From assembly GCF_002113885.1 (NCBI RefSeq), contig NW_018408394.1:321851-380068 (forward strand): 58,218 nucleotides of DNA, written 5' to 3'. How positions within the stretch are numbered: position 1 is the stretch's first letter; each line of letters opens with the position of its first letter. This DNA is from Mizuhopecten yessoensis (Eukaryota). The position numbers and the translations under genes were made by a program. The notes beneath the pieces are model-generated. The model had not been told where the DNA came from, made no database searches, and saw only the letters and a list, made by a program, of their open reading frames with translations. Shown piece after piece: positions 26,201 through 40,975 of this stretch.

Positions 26201-26928
26201 TTGCTCCACGCCAGCTATTGAACCACCAAGTTGTAAAGAACATCCTATTCTCAATTCTGCATAACGATTTTCTCCCTCAATTCGCCGACTCGTTTGTTGT
26301 TTCCCAGATCAAACACCGTTATGAAAATAATATTAGGTATTTTAAGTAGACAGTTGGGTTTGGTCGAGATATTAAAAAACGGCAAACTGTTGGTTCTCTT
26401 GGGAATTAGCAGATAAAAAGAAAATCATGGATTAATCCGTTGTTAAAGGAGATGCCGTGAAAATTGGCAGGAAAGGTGTGAACACCTCCGGAAAATCAAT
26501 ATCATTAGATGACTTCAAACAAGGTACGTCTGATGCTGCATGCATATACGCTTGTATCCTTATCTAGTGAGTTCCGTTTCTTAAAAAAACCTTCCGGTTG
26601 TTCTTATTCAATTTTCCGATGTATTATAATTAAGTTTAACATTGATTTCAGTTGGTTTTTATAGTGAAAAATAAAACGAAGCGCTAATTTGAAAATTAAG
26701 ATTTGACATTACCGTCGATTCTATGACAAAATTTAAAAAAAAATCGAATTATAACCCTCTCTCTTTCTCTCGGTACATATTCCTCCATACACCATAACAC
26801 TTCAATTCTGAAGTATACGGATTTGTAGCTCATTGCTCCCAACCGGATTTTTCTTCTTCCTTCTTTTGGCCTTAAAGCCTGAAAACTCAAAAGATTTTGT
26901 AGATAATTATTGGCTGATCTCACACTAA

Positions 26929-27980
26929 TTAGGGCTTTTCACAAACTGGTGAAAAGACCTATTGTTTTTGCTATGTTTCTTATTCAGAATTATATGTAGA
27001 TAATTTGCAGGGCTAACATTTTTGTCAGTGCTTTATCTCAAAAAAGGTCAAATAAAAAACCTGGCTGTTCGGTCAAAAGTCACAATTTTTTTTCATTTTT
27101 TTTTTGGAAAAAATCTTTTACAAATCAATGCAGAATTCCATTCCGATGAATTTAATGTCTTTAGTTTTTCTGTAACATTTACCATTAACGTCCTATGGCG
27201 TGTTCATTATTATCTTTGGTCTTTTATGAAAATCCGAAACTATTTTTACAAACGATCTTCTTCTCCAATTCTGCCATTGCAATATTAACCACAATTGGTA
27301 CATGTTTTCCTCTAGGTGCCCTTACGAACTTATGTTACTTTTTGGAGCAATTAATATTCCAAGATGGCCGCCACGAACTCTGATTGGTTAACAGCCGATA
27401 CCAATATATTTCGTTAAAGATATCAAACACGAGGTTGATCTTTGGATATCATATAGATATAGCCAAGGGCAAACTTTTTTGTTCATACTGTTTTAACAAA
27501 AAATTTCAACTTCCGATTTTCGGTAGGGGTCAAAGTTTAAAAGTGTAATTTTGTGAAAAAAAATCAAAAAACTTTTTCTCAATAACCAAGTGACCCAAGT
27601 TCATAATATTTATTGAATATTCATGCTCAAGCAATGGACTATCAAGTTTGATCATATGAATTACCGTGACCCAAGTTCAAGATCACTGGTGTCAATTATG
27701 TTAAAATCTTCAAAAGAATCCGTCTCAAAAACGAAAATGCCCAGGGTATTGATATTTGGTCTGTAGCATGCTAGAATGATGGGCTACAAGGTTTATTGAC
27801 ACAAATGACCATTAAAGATCAACTTCCGGTATTTGATAGAGGTCAAATTCGAACATGTAATTTTAACAGATACCAGGACTTTTACTACTGGTGTAAGGGA
27901 AGTAACTCGTATTAGCTACAAAGCCAAATCAGTCCTTACAGTGAAAAGCCCGTCAAATTGTTAGCCAACAATTTCTAGTT
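26929..27980 (+). mobile_element. Non-autonomous Helentron/HINE-like element
   Basis: 5' TTAGGGCTTTTCAC..GTGAAAAGACCT hairpin; 3' subTIR GTGAAAAGCCC, hairpin AAATTGTTAGCCAACAATTT, terminal CTAG followed by TT. Confidence 0.7.
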
Positions 27981-28149
27981 TGTTACTAGTTTTATTCAGA
28001 CATCAAGGAGAACAATATTATTAGCGTCGACCTCTTTCTTTATCTAAATTAAGCCACATATGCGGAAATAAAATGGCGAACATTCAATAAATAGGTATTT
28101 ACCTTAAGTTTGGATATTTTCTCCATCAGATTAGGAAAGTGAGGGTCAG

Positions 28150-28925
28150 TGGTATCCAACGTTACAAATGTGACGTCATAATGACTAATATAATCTGCCC
28201 CTTCTTTGAGGGGTGATGTTTTTGGGTTGTCTAACCATCGGCAGAGCCTCGGGTTAAACAACCAAAAAACATCACCCTCGGGTTGGAGATTTCTCTGTCA
28301 CACCATCATGTTAAGGGCTGATAAGTTTTCTCCCATCCTATTATTTCACTCACAACTCCACCGACAGTAGTCTGTCGTGTTTGTAAACAAAGACACATGT
28401 GAGGTATGAATATCGTCATTCATTTTTGATGACGTCACAATTACCGGTGACACATTTAATTGACGTCACAATTAAACACGTGCTAATCGGCATGAGAGTA
28501 TCTCCCCCTCTTTCGATTCCCGGCTAAAACGGAAGACTAATAGAATCTTCAGGGACCTTGAGGGTGTGACCGAGAAATCTCCAACCCAAGGGGTGATGTT
28601 TTTTGGTTGTTTAACCCGAGGCTCTGCCGAGGGTAAGACAACCAAAAAAGTCACCCCGAGGGTTGGAGATTTCTTTGTAACACACCCTCACGGTAGGGGA
28701 TGATGAATTTTTCTCCCACCTTATTATTTTAGTCACAGCTCCACCGACAGTAGTCTGACATGTTTGTAAACAAAACCACATGTGGTGTATGCATATCGTC
28801 ATTCACTTTTAATGACGTCACAATGTACCGATGACGCATTTTAACAATGTCACAATTGAACACGTGCTAATCGGCACGAGGCTATCTCCCCATAGGGGGT
28901 GACAAGCTGATCTTTCCCGGCTAAA
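28150..28925. mobile_element. Palindromic MITE-like element, partly duplicated
   Basis: Hairpin centres GGGTGATG..GGTTG..CGGCAGAGCCTCG..CAACC..CATCACCC at ~28210-28280, and inverted at ~28590-28660; direct repeat ~28270-28510 vs ~28650-28890. Confidence 0.65.
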
Positions 28926-29993
28926 ACGGGAAACACACCTGTGAAGGGTGGGAGAAACACCTGTGAAGGATGGTAGAAAATGGTGTCAACATTCGGGGCA
29001 TGGCATTCATAGCTTATACATTTACTATCGTACGGCAGTTCCAACATATAACCCTACTTTTCGGAAGGTTATCACCCTTCCTGGACAAATTGCTGTTCTG
29101 ATAATTAAAGCAGCATATGTACGATAAATCCATTGTTTGAACTAAATGATAAATAATGGTGCATGTGCGTATAGCCTATTGCCCCGCAGTTTCGAGAAAA
29201 TAATAATAAACCTCCTGTATCCCACCACATCTCGTATAAGAGCTGACTATAATGTCGGGCCCTGTCAGTAGAATCGGGGGCTTTCATCTGTGTCTGTTGC
29301 TACTTAGGGGATATTCAAGAAACAACCTTAATCTACTACCCTAATGCAACATTTGGGATCTTTACATTTTCTTTCTGCTTCTCAACGACCATCTCGTTTC
29401 CTTACTTGGTAATACTTCACTAAACGTTCGCCCAATGTGTTATGTCCCCAAGTACTATAATTTAACCGAATGGAGTACTGTCTGTGGTGCCTTCGGCATG
29501 GTATTTCAGTGAGGAAGCACTATATATATAAGAGTCGGCATTAAATTGAGTGAACTTAGCTATAAATAGGTCAGTTCAAACATATATTAAACCAAATTAA
29601 GTATTGCCTATGTATGCCGATTGAAAACAATTAAGTATATGAATTTTAGTGGCAATATCATATGAAAGTTATTAAAGAAGAACATATGCATAATATACCT
29701 TTCTTGCAGTCACTTTTGATTTATTTATCTATTAAAAAATTGACATAGGATAACGTATCCCTGTTATCTTGATTAGAATTTAGATTTTGTCGAGTTTTAG
29801 CTTAGATAGAATCTAGCTGCACTAACCACGGTATCTAATTCCGTGCACTAACTAAATGGACACAACACTTTACCTTCTAATCTGTTTATTTTTTTCAACA
29901 TTAATGATTAATTTCAAATATTATTAAATGATTTTAAAATATTAAAAGGCTTTAGCTGGCCGCAAGTAGATATCAATATTGAATAACCTTACT

Positions 29994-30350
29994 TTCGTTT
30001 AAACGGTTGAACAGGTCGGACCACAGCTGTTCGTCTTTTAAATAAGGTCGGACCTACTTATTTGATGCTGCTTTCAGGCCAGCCTCGACAAACCCTTGCA
30101 AGGCCTGTAGGCCTGCATGCACATTTACAGGTTTACCAGGGCCGTTTTCGTTTAAACGGTCAAACCGATCTGACCACTGTTGTTCGTTTATTTAATAAGG
30201 TCGGACCTAGTAATCTGATGCTGCTTTCAGGCGAGCCTTGAGAAAGCCTTGCAAGGCCTGCATACACATTTGCAGGTCCGCCAGGATTTATACCCGAAAT
30301 TGTAACATTTATAAACGGTCAAACCGGTTGTCCCGCATAAACGAACAGGC
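29994..30350. repeat. Dispersed ~150-bp repeat, tandem pair upstream of DPY30; inverted copy at ~47255-47332
   Basis: TTCGTTTAAACGGT..CGGACCAC..GTTCGT..AATAAGGTCGGACCTA at 29994 and ~30146; reverse complement at ~47255-47332. Confidence 0.65.
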
Positions 30351-30581
30351 CCCAGGGGACCCGGACATTCCCTCGATATTTTTGACATCACGTTAGATAG
30401 GAGAACATTGTTATTTTAACAAAACGTTGCAAAATTGATATTCTGTGTATTAGGTTTATATCAAAACTTTACATTAAAACATAGATGAATTTCACCACCC
30501 TTGTTGTAGGTTTGGTCCGTTTATTATCGTCAGTCATTGTAATCTCACGAGAAAATACGTGAATTGCTATTGGTGACCAAA

Positions 30582-33500
30582 ATGGCGGATGGTAAGCATT
30601 TTGAGGTTTTGCTTCGGTCGAAAGTTCATAATATATACTAATCATCGTAACTTGTATCGATATTTGGAAAGCAGAGTTGTCGACAAAGATATTCTGGTTA
30701 ACAGGGAATATTTAAGTGTTTTACAGACGACTAAATAGCGGAATAGAGATCACATAATTTTAAAAATAGAAGACTGTCGTCTGACGGTGTTTGGCGCGCC
30801 GGTGATCTGCTGATATTGTTACAGTCCAAGTCACATTTGTCGTTGGCATCCCATGATTCTTTACCTCGGACTAGATGACAAGCATGTACACATTTTCCTT
30901 TTGTAGTTTATTCACAAAACTACTTCTGATTGTGAACGTTAAACGTGCAAAGAAAAAATTCACAAGTCAACAATAACATGCTAATTATAAACCGATGACG
31001 AGACGACATATCATGACATCATTTCCTATGTTCACGTAAACACTAAATATATAAGGTTTAATAATTAAATTAAAAATATGTCACCGTCTCATTGGCCGTG
31101 TATTATTTCCGCTTCTGTTACATAGTTTCTTAGTGAAAAATGTAAACTGTGAACCTTTTTAAAATTATCATCAATACTTGGGAGGAAATGTACAGTCTGG
31201 AACACATTGGAATAAAGCTGCACTGTCTAGGATCCTCGTAGATAACATTATCACAACACTGGCAAATTATTCAGACTTGTAGGGGATATTTTAGATTAGT
31301 TCTTTTGTACAAAAATATTCATCAAATATTTGCTGTCACATTATGCATACAATATCCTGGTTCACTCCTCCGTTCTCCTACACAGACGATAGTGAAAATA
31401 CACACCGTTACCGAATGGAATAATCTTTGGTTTCTGCCAATACTGTGGACGGAAGCCAGCACAGTAAACACTTTCTATTTGATTTTCATTGTATTTCCCT
31501 GTGACTTTGGCCTTTTCTGTTTATATCCAAAATTGTTTTTTTTTTTTTTTTTTTTTTTGNGGTGACTGTGTGTGTGTGTGGTAATAAAACTAAAAATAGT
31601 ATATTTATGATTGCTTCTGTTAAATGGGATCCTGGCCAGATGATGTTATCATATACTTGCTTTTGTTTTGTGTCTTAACTTCTAAGCATGTATACATATG
31701 GCCTTTTGTCAAATCAGGTTCAATCAGACGGTTGCTTCATCAGTATGTGTGTGTCTGTGTTGTGGTTTTCAGAGCATATCTCAGTGACTGTTTCACGAAT
31801 GGGCATCAAACTGAAATCATGGAAAGGCGATGCGTCACATTAAAAAAACTAGCCCAATTTGTCCTCTGACTGTTGATCTTGACCTGTAGTAATGAAACAC
31901 AGTGTTGAAGGGGTTTCCAAAGCATATATTGACTACTATTTTAAGCATGTACTTCAGCTTTTGTGTGAATGTACTCAATAATCAATGAATATGTCTGGTT
32001 GTAAAATTTGATTCAACCTCATACAGTCTTCAGTTTAAAACAGTTTTTTTTTCTTTATTTCAGATCAAGCAAATATAGGTGGTTCAGTGGCTGGAGAGGC
32101 AATTATGGAACAAACAACTACACCAACACCATCAGAGGTTCCAGAAAATGTTCAAGTAAGTGTCATCAAACATGACAGGACTGTATGCCAAATTTTCAAT
32201 TTCAATCAGAACTAAAATGAAAAACATTTTGTAGTTCTGATGACAATATAGGGCTGTTACAAATGCCCAGGTATAGGGCAATGTTAACATGGATCTATTA
32301 CCAGGTAAGAATGTGTTTACGCAAATACCTGTCACAGTAAGCAAGGCAACCACTTGCAGTAACATATATTGTTTCATATAAAAGTGCAAATCAAAAGTCA
32401 TGTATATTGACATCCTGCCTAATCCAACCAATTTGTTGCATCAGATTAGAAAAGTACAGTGTTAGACTATCCGATAGACATTCCCAAATCATTATGGTAT
32501 TTTTCTTCAACTTACAAAATGGACTTTAAATTCCAATCAAAATGAACATATTGATAATCAATTTAAAAAAAGTTTCCTTCTCCTCCAAAGTGGGTTTATA
32601 GAAATATGTTATCCTTATTTTCTTATAAAAAATTGAAAGGGGAACAAACTGTTGGTGCCTGGATCATTGAACTTTTCCAAAAAGCACAAAGTTCATGTTT
32701 AATGTTTAAACATTTATGAAGGCAGTGTTTTTTTTGTTATGTTGTTACCTAATTCCGGGATATTTCACACTCCGGCACCGGAGTCTTTCCCGTAAACGGA
32801 AGAAGAAGAAGAATTAGAGAAATTGAAAATCTGTTTTATTTAGCATTTCAAAAATATGGGTTTTGGGGTATATATTTATGCAAGGGCAAGATTTTGAATT
32901 CTCAATACTCAGTTGCAAAATATAGACTTTTGTTAGCCCTTTATTTGAACATTCAGCTGAATATGATGTTCACAACATAGTTTCACTAGTATCAGATGAA
33001 TTTTTGCCATTGATTACAGTAGTCTTGGTCACTTGAAAACTGTCACATATACGTATACATATAAATAATGTTATATTATATGTATTGTTTCTTCCAGAAA
33101 ATCATCACCAGTGAAAAAGATATTGACATGTCAGCAAAGCGTCCCCGTGTAGATCTACAATCACTCCCAACAAGAGCATACCTCGACCAAACAGTTGTTC
33201 CCATATTACTAAGTGGAATGTCTGTTTTAGCAAAAGAACGGTAAATAACAACCACTTTGTTGTGTGACTGTTCACTTTTCTAAAGAAATTTGAAAAAAAC
33301 ATACTAAACTACTGTCGCCTCCTACAGTGTCCCCCTAGACTGTTTTAACAACAAGTTGCTACAATTCTTGTATAATTTACACTATGCTGTTCTATGAATG
33401 TTATATTCCAAACATACATAGGAAATAAAATTGAATATAATAAGTAAGCTATTCATAAATCATAAATGCTCAGATAAAAAAAAAAAATCTGGCAAGAAAA

Positions 33501-34011
33501 CTGACAATTGAACATGTTAGGTGATATATCTGTTATAGTAGAGGGAAATGATTGGGGTTCCGACTTCGAACCAGGGACCCTCCAAACTCTAGATGGATGC
33601 TCTACTATTTGAGCTACCTGGTCGCTGGTGTTCAACCCAACCAAGTCAAATTCTGTTACTCTCCTCCCTCCTTTCTTAGTCTTCTCCCCCAAGACATCAC
33701 TATTTACAACCCAGGTTTAGGTATCCTCTTGCCAAGCATTCATCCAGTACTTGAAACCGGCACAAAATGTTTAAATAGCGGGAAATGCACAGCCAGACTG
33801 GGGTTCGAACCAGGGACCTTGTAAGCTACCTGGTCGCCGACAATCGACACAGTCCAGTTCCATTACATGTTGTTGTTCCTAATTAATATAAACTGTCAGA
33901 AAAGATATTGTATTTTACTGTAATTGTTATATTTTTCTTTCCAGGCCGCCTAATCCAATCGAATACCTTGCTGCCTACCTTTTAAAAAATAAGAACCAGT
34001 TTGATCAGTGA
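30582..34011 (+). CDS. DPY30: Protein dpy-30 homolog (COMPASS/SET1-MLL subunit), 103 aa, 4 exons
   Basis: Exons 30582-30591, 32064-32155, 33098-33240, 33945-34011; GT-AG, phases consistent. Translation ..[47 protein letters not shown].. is the Dpy-30 motif. AATAAA at 34459-34464. Confidence 0.95.
33555..33840 (-). mobile_element. tRNA-derived SINE fragments (two heads) in DPY30 intron 3
   Basis: TTCGAACCAGGGACC (B-box-like on minus) twice and GAGCTACCTGGTC (A-box-like on minus). Confidence 0.5.
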
Positions 34012-34934
34012 AAGAAAAACAGTGTTACTGGTTCTGTGGGAGTGAAAATGAAATGCCAACTTTCATTTACATTTATTGATATTTATGGAGTATTTAATGT
34101 AAAGTTTTCAGATTACGGTCACTTCATTGAAATGTATTTATGGTTTCGCTTTCTAATTAGAAATCAAAGTAGAGGACGTATGGCTGAACATCCCATTTTC
34201 GTTTCACATCATTTATTTCAAATTTCCTTTAAATACACTTCTGTCCCCTATTAAAAGTAGTGCTGATCATGAGAAGAAAACGTTGTGCAAGACAAAACTG
34301 TGATGTATTGAGAGGGACTTCCTGAGGATAATTTCTGTGGAAACAGCTGGAATTTGTTGACAAGTTCAGAAATTTCAAGTGCAACATTATGTGATAAATG
34401 ATTCTATATTGTATTGTCAATTGTTAACAGTTTATATAATGTTGTATATTGACTAGTAAATAAATCACATTTTATCATGTCTATCAATGGTGTCGTCCTT
34501 TCTTTTAACCTGTAATAGCAACATCCAGACAGGGCAGTTACTGTAGGTAACCAAACTCATTACAACGATGACAAAATCTTTCTTATTTGTAGACCACAGA
34601 ATGTTCTTTCAGAAAGTAAATGGTAGATGTTTAGTTACAAGTAAAAAATATCCCACACAATTATTGCTGTGGATGTCCACTCAAGCAGATCTAGAAGACA
34701 CCTGGTTCTGATGGGTCGAATTGTTCGCCTAATAAACCCATGTAATGTAATACTTTTCTACCTAACATATAGAGGATACAATGTAATCTTCATACCGAGC
34801 GATTAGATCAATTACCTTTTAAAGCATTTCAGATAACTTTAAAAAGTAAGGATAGTTCTTCATACTTCCAGTTTTGATTGTAAACACTGGTATGCATTGA
34901 GCAGAAGTAAATAAAGCTAACATCTATTTATAAC

Positions 34935-36070
34935 TTGTTCACAAGAGGTCAACACGGCTTCAGACCAGGACATTCATGCACAACCCAACTTCTGAAGGTT
35001 CTGGAAGACTGGGAAACAGCCATGGATGAGGGGGCCAATACTGATGTCATCTACCTAGACTTCTGTAAGGCCTTTGTTAAGGTCTCGCACAGACTGCTTC
35101 TACACAAACTACAAGCATACAGCATTACAGGTAAAGTCAACAAGTGGATACAGAAATACCTGTCAAATCTGAAACAAAGAGTTGTTATCAGTGGAGCCTT
35201 ATTGAGAGTAGACCAGCGAGGTCCCCATGGAAGTGTTAATTAATGAAGCTATTTGCAGATGATGCAAAAATATACTCGATGTATATCGACACTTCGGGAT
35301 AGGTTCCAGCTACAAATTAACATCAACAAAGTGAGTGAAAGGACTGAGAGGTGGCTTATGGAAATTTAATTTAGAGAAATGCAATCACTTTAAATTGGTA
35401 ACACATCCAGCAATAGCCAGTACAACTTCACAACCATGATCGTAAAAACAGACAAGGAGAGCGACCTCGGAGTGACATTCGACAAACAGCTCAAATTTAG
35501 TGAACATGTGTCCACAGCCGTTTTCAAAAGAAACAGAATGTTTGGAATTATTTTTAGAACATTTACATTTCTAAATCAATTAACATTCCTATTATGATAC
35601 AAATCACTTGTCGACCTCATATTGAGTACTGCTCCACAATATGGTCACCCCTCCTATAGAGAGACGAGCTCACAACCACTGGAAAACATTCAACGACTGG
35701 CAGCTAAAAGGTTAACCACATAGCAAGACTTACCTTACCCAGACTAAAACCACTAGGACTGCCCACACCTGAATATAGAAGACTAGGGGCGGATACGATT
35801 CATGTGTACAAAATTATGAATGGTGTGGAAGATGCAGATAAGTCCAAAATATTTACCGAGTCGACCTATACGACAACTAGAGGTCACCAGCGAGAGCTCT
35901 TTAAGAAACAATGCTGCTTAAACGGCACCAAAAACATTTTCCGCAATGTGTAGTTGCTAACTGGAACAATCTATCAGCTAAAGTGGTTAACACCGAAAGT
36001 TTAAATAGTTTTAAAGATGGGTTAAACATGCACTGGGAAGATCACGCACACAAGTTTTATCTGTCCTTTT
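34935..36070 (+). mobile_element. 5'-truncated, degenerate LINE (CR1/L2-like) reverse transcriptase remnant
   Basis: QHGFRPGHSCTTQLL..DVIYLDFCKAF..KQRVV, then LFADDAKIY (~35250), ESDLGVTFD, and EYCSTIWSP, with frameshifts and stops. Confidence 0.85.
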
Positions 36071-36212
36071 AATTCACTATGTGTATTTATATACTAATGT
36101 GACTGTAAGACTTCACTAGTCGAGATGTCCTGATATAGTTTAATGTCATATGCCATTCTTTGCGCACTCCACCATCAATCAATTAACGAAATGCAGATAA
36201 AAAAACATCACT

Positions 36213-38170
36213 ACAAGAGGCCCAAGGGCCTTAGCGGTCACCTGAGTTATATCATGGGGACTGGTAGCTTTATTTTATTGTTTAGATGTGATGTGGAAAT
36301 CAGCATGTAAACTAAGTGAAATACAATACTTGTCATGTCATCAAAGGATAAAAATTTGAAAATATTGGTAAATGTTCCCTTTGGGGCCCTGCCCTAGCCC
36401 CTGGGGATGGGGCAGGAATCCCAATTTTACAAAGTAATACTCTCATTCACCAAAGATGATTCTGACTAAGTTTGAGTAATTTTCTGCTGAAAATGGATAA
36501 AATATATACCCAAAAGTGTTATTTCCCTATATAAACTATAGTAAACTTTACCCCCTCCCCAAGGGAGAACGGATAGCTCGGGGGTCCTGAAATTTACAAT
36601 TTAAGTAAAGCCCCTGATGATCTTTCTTTCCACGTAGAGAAAATCACTGTAGTACCTCTGAGTCTGGAGAAGAAGATTTTTGAAATATTGATTAATTTTC
36701 CCTTTGGGGCCCCGCCCTGGCCCCAGGGGTCGGGGTAGGAATCTCAATTTTACAATTTGAAACCATCTACCTCCAAGGATAATTCTCACCAAGTAAAAAT
36801 AATTTCCTACAGAAAGTTGTCAAAATATACCCAAAAGTGTTATTTCCCTATATAAACTATAGTAAACTTTACCCCCTCCCCAAGGGAGAACGGATAGCTC
36901 GGGGGTCCTGAAATTTACAATTTAAGTAAAGCCCCTGATGATCTTTCTTTCCACGTAGAGAAAATCACTGTAGTACCTCTGAGTCTGGAGAAGAAGATTT
37001 TTGAAATATTGATTAATTTTCCCTTTGGGGCCCCGCCCTGGCCCCAGGGGTCGGGGTAGGAATCTCAATTTTACAATTTGAAACCATCTACCTCCAAGGA
37101 TAATTCTCACCAAGTAAAAATAATTTCCTACAGAAAGTTGTCAAAATATACCCAAAAGTGTTATTTCCCTATATAAACTATAGTAAACTTTACCCCCTCC
37201 CCAAGGGAGAACGGATAGCTCGGGGGTCCTGAAATTTACAATTTAAGTAAAGCCCCTGATGATCTTTCTTTCCACGTAGAGAAAATCACTGTAGTACCTC
37301 TGAGTCTGGAGAAGAAGATTTTTGAAATATTGATTAATTTTCCCTTTGGGGCCCCGCCCTGGCCCCAGGGGTCGGGGTAGGAATCTCAATTTTACAATTT
37401 GAAACCATCTACCTCCAAGGATAATTCTCACCAAGTAAAAATAATTTCCTACAGAAAGTTGTCAAAATATACCCAAAAGTGTTATTTCCCTATATAAACT
37501 ATAGTAAACTTTACCCCCTCCCCAAGGGAGAACAAATAGCTTGGGGGTCCTGAAATTTATAATTTAAGTAAAGCCCCTGATGATCTTTCTTTCCATATAA
37601 AGAAAATGACAGTAGTACCTCTCAGCCTGGGGAAGAAGATTTTTGAAATATTGGTTAATTTTCCCTTTGGGGCCCCACCCTGGCCCCAGGGGTTGGGGTA
37701 GGAATCTCAATTTTACAATTTGAAACCATCTTCCTCCAAGAATAATTCTCACCATGTAAAAATAATTTCCTACATAAAGTTGTCAAAATATACACAAAAG
37801 TGTTATTTCCCTATATAAACTATAGTAAAATTTACCCCCTCCCCAAGGGAGAACAGATAGCTCGGGGGTCCTAAAATTTACAATTTGAGTAAAGCCCCTG
37901 ATGATATTTCTTTCCATGTAGAGAAAATGAATACAGTACCTCTAAATCTGGAGAAGAAGATTTTTGAAATATTGGTTAATTTTCCCTTTGGGGCCTGGCC
38001 CTGGCCCTGGCCCCAGGGGTTGGGGTAGGAATCCCAATTTTACAATTTTGTAGCCTCATCTACCAAGGATGATTCTGACCAAGTTTGAAAAAAATCCATC
38101 CACTGGTTCTTGAGAGAGGGTTGAAAATGTATAAAGTTTACGCACGACGAACCACGATGGACGGACCTCT
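36213..38170 (-). mobile_element. Helentron/HINE-type element carrying a 321-bp satellite (about 5 copies)
   Basis: Starts ACAAGAGGCCCAAGGGCCTTAGCGGTCACCTG, the same end type as the 5679 element. Period 321 bp (ORF copies at 36601, 36922, 37243, 37564). GACG/GGAC remnant at ~38145-38167; the other terminus is not recognisable. Confidence 0.8.
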
Positions 38171-38544
38171 GATAGACAACACCCACAATCTATAGGACTG
38201 TTTGCATCCTCTGAGGCAACTCACACATCAAGTTTGAACATTTCTATGATCAATCATTCTCAAGTTTCAAGATTTTAATTTAAACGACTTCTTAATAACC
38301 AAACGTCCTAGGGTGAAAATATTTTACCAGTAGCATACCGGGATGAAAGGCTACCAAGTCTGTTCAAATGAATGACGTTTGCCCATATTCAAGGTCACAG
38401 ATTCAAAGATGTATAAAAATTTGAAACAATTTCTTCTGAATAGCCTAAATGCCTAGGGTGAAAATATTTGGCCAGAAGCATGCTGGGATGAAGTGCTACC
38501 AAATTTATTTATGTGAATTATCTTCCCTCATATTCAAGCCTTGA

Positions 38545-40975
38545 TAAGTAGACAGGTAGCACAGATAGAGAAGTAAATAGATAGGTAGCACAGATAGTGA
38601 AGTAAATAGACAGGAAGCAAAGATAGTGAAGTAAATAGACAGGTAGGACAGACAGTGAAGTACATAGCCAGATAGCACAGATATTGAAGTAAATAGACAG
38701 GTAGCACAGACAGAGAAGTAAATAGACAGGTAGCACAGATAGTGAAGTAAATAGACAAGTAGCACAGATAGTGAAGTAAATAGACAGGTAGGACAGACAG
38801 TGAAGTAAATGGACAGGTAGCACAGACATTGAAGTAAATAGACAGGTAGCACAGATATTGAGGTATAGACAGGTAGGGCAGACAGTGAAGTAAATAGACA
38901 AGTAGCACAGCTAGTGAAGTAAATAGACAGTGAAGTAAATAGACAAGTAGCACAGATAGTGAAGTTAATAGACAGGAAGCAAAGACAGTGAAGTAAAAAG
39001 ACAGGTAACACAGACAGTGAAGTAAATGGACAGGAAGCACAGACATTGAAGTAAATAGACAGGTAGGACAGACAGGGAAGAACATAGACAGATAGCACAG
39101 ATATTGAAGTAAATAGACATGTGGCACAGATATAGAAGTAAATAGACAGGTGGCGCAGATATTGAGGTATAGACAGGTAGGGCAGACAGTGAAGTAAATA
39201 GACAAGGAGCACAGATAGTGAAGTAAATAGAAAGGTAGCACAGATATTGAAGTAAATAGACAGGAGGCACAGATATTGAGGTATAGACAGGTAGGGCAGA
39301 CAGTGAAGTAAATAGCCAGGTAGCACAGATAGTGAAGTAAATGGACATGTAGCACAGATAGTGAAGTTAATAGACAGGAAGCAAAGACAGTGAAGTAAAA
39401 AGACAGGAAGCAAAGATAGTGAAGTAAATAGATAGGTAGCCCAGATAGTGAAGTAAATAGAAAAGTAGCACAGATAGTGAAGTTAATAGACAGGTAGCAC
39501 AGATATTGAGGTATAGACAGGTAGGACAGACCGTGAAGTAAATAGAAAGGTAGCACAGATATTGAAATAAATAGGTGAAGTAACTAGACAGGTAGCACAG
39601 ATAGTGAAGTAAATAGACAGGTAGCACAGTCAGAGAAGAAAATAGACAGGTAGCACAGACAGCGAAGTAAATGGACATGTAGCACAGATAGTGAAGTAAA
39701 TAGACAGGTAGCACAGATAGTGAAGTAAATAGACAGGTAACACAGACAGTGAAGTAAATAGACAGGTAGCACAGATAGTGAAGTACATAGACAGATAGCA
39801 CAGATATTGAAGTAAATAGACAGGTAGCACAGATATTGAAGTAAATAGACATGTGGCACAGATATTGAAGTAAATAGACAGGTGGCACAGATCTTGAAGT
39901 ATATAGACAGGAAGGACAGTCAGTGAAGTAAATAGACAGATGGCACAGGCAGAGAAGTAAAAAGACAGGTAGCACAGATAGTGAAGTAAATGGACAGGTG
40001 GCACAGACAGTGAAGTAAAAAGACAGGTAACACAGACTGTGAAGTAAATAGACAGGTAGCACAGATAGTGTAGTAGATGGACAGGTGGCACAGACAGTGA
40101 AGTAAAAAGACAGGTAACACAGACAGTGAAGTAAATAGACAGGTAAAACAGATAGTGAAGTTAATAGACAGGTAGCACAGATAGTGAAGTAAATGGACAA
40201 GTAGCACAGACAGAGAAGTAAATAGACTTGTAGCACAGATATTGAAATAAATAGAAAGGTAGCACAGATATTGAAGTAAATAGACATGTGGCACAGATAT
40301 TGAAGTAAATAGACAGGGAGCACAGATAGTGAAGTTAATAGACAGGTAGCCCAGATAGTGAAGTAAATAGACAGGTAGGACAGACAGTGAAGTAAAAAGA
40401 CAGGTAACACAGACTGTGAAGTAAATAGACAGGTAGCACAGACAGAGAAGTAAATAGACAGGTAGCACAGATATTGAAGCAAATAGACAGGTAGCACAGA
40501 CAGTGAAGTAAATGGACAGGTAGCACAGATATTGAAGTAAAAAGGCAGGTAGCACAGATAGTGAAGTAAATAGACAAGTAGCACAGACAGAGAAGTAAAT
40601 AGACAGGTAGCACAGACAGAGAAGTAAATAGACAGGTAGCACAGATATTGAAATAAATAGAAAGGTAGCACAGATATTGAAGTAAATAGACATGTAGCAC
40701 AGACAGCGAAGTAAATGGACAGGTAGCACAGATAGTGAAGTTAATAGACAGGAAGCAAAGACAGTGAAGTAAAAAGACAGGAAGCGAAGATAGTGAAGTA
40801 AATAGACAGTGAAGTAAATAGACAAGTAGCACAGATAGTGAAGTAAATGGACAGGTAGGACAGATAGTGAAGTAAATAGACAGGAAGCGAAGATAGTGAA
40901 GTAAATAGACAGTGAAGTAAATAGACAGGTAGCACAGACAGAGAAGTAAATAGACAGGAAGCAAAAATAGTGAAC
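38545..40975. repeat. Degenerate ~30-bp purine-rich minisatellite, about 80 copies, downstream of MRPL14
   Basis: Unit approximately AGACAGGTAGCACAGATAGTGAAGTAAAT. Confidence 0.95.

Noticed and set aside
36601-37755. Four near-identical 63-aa ORFs as a tandem gene family
   Set aside because: They are copies of the 321-bp satellite inside a non-autonomous element, mostly with non-ATG starts.
38505-40964. Multiple long Cys/Leu/Tyr-rich ORFs
   Set aside because: They overlap in all three minus frames of a degenerate ~30-bp satellite; this is a compositional artefact.
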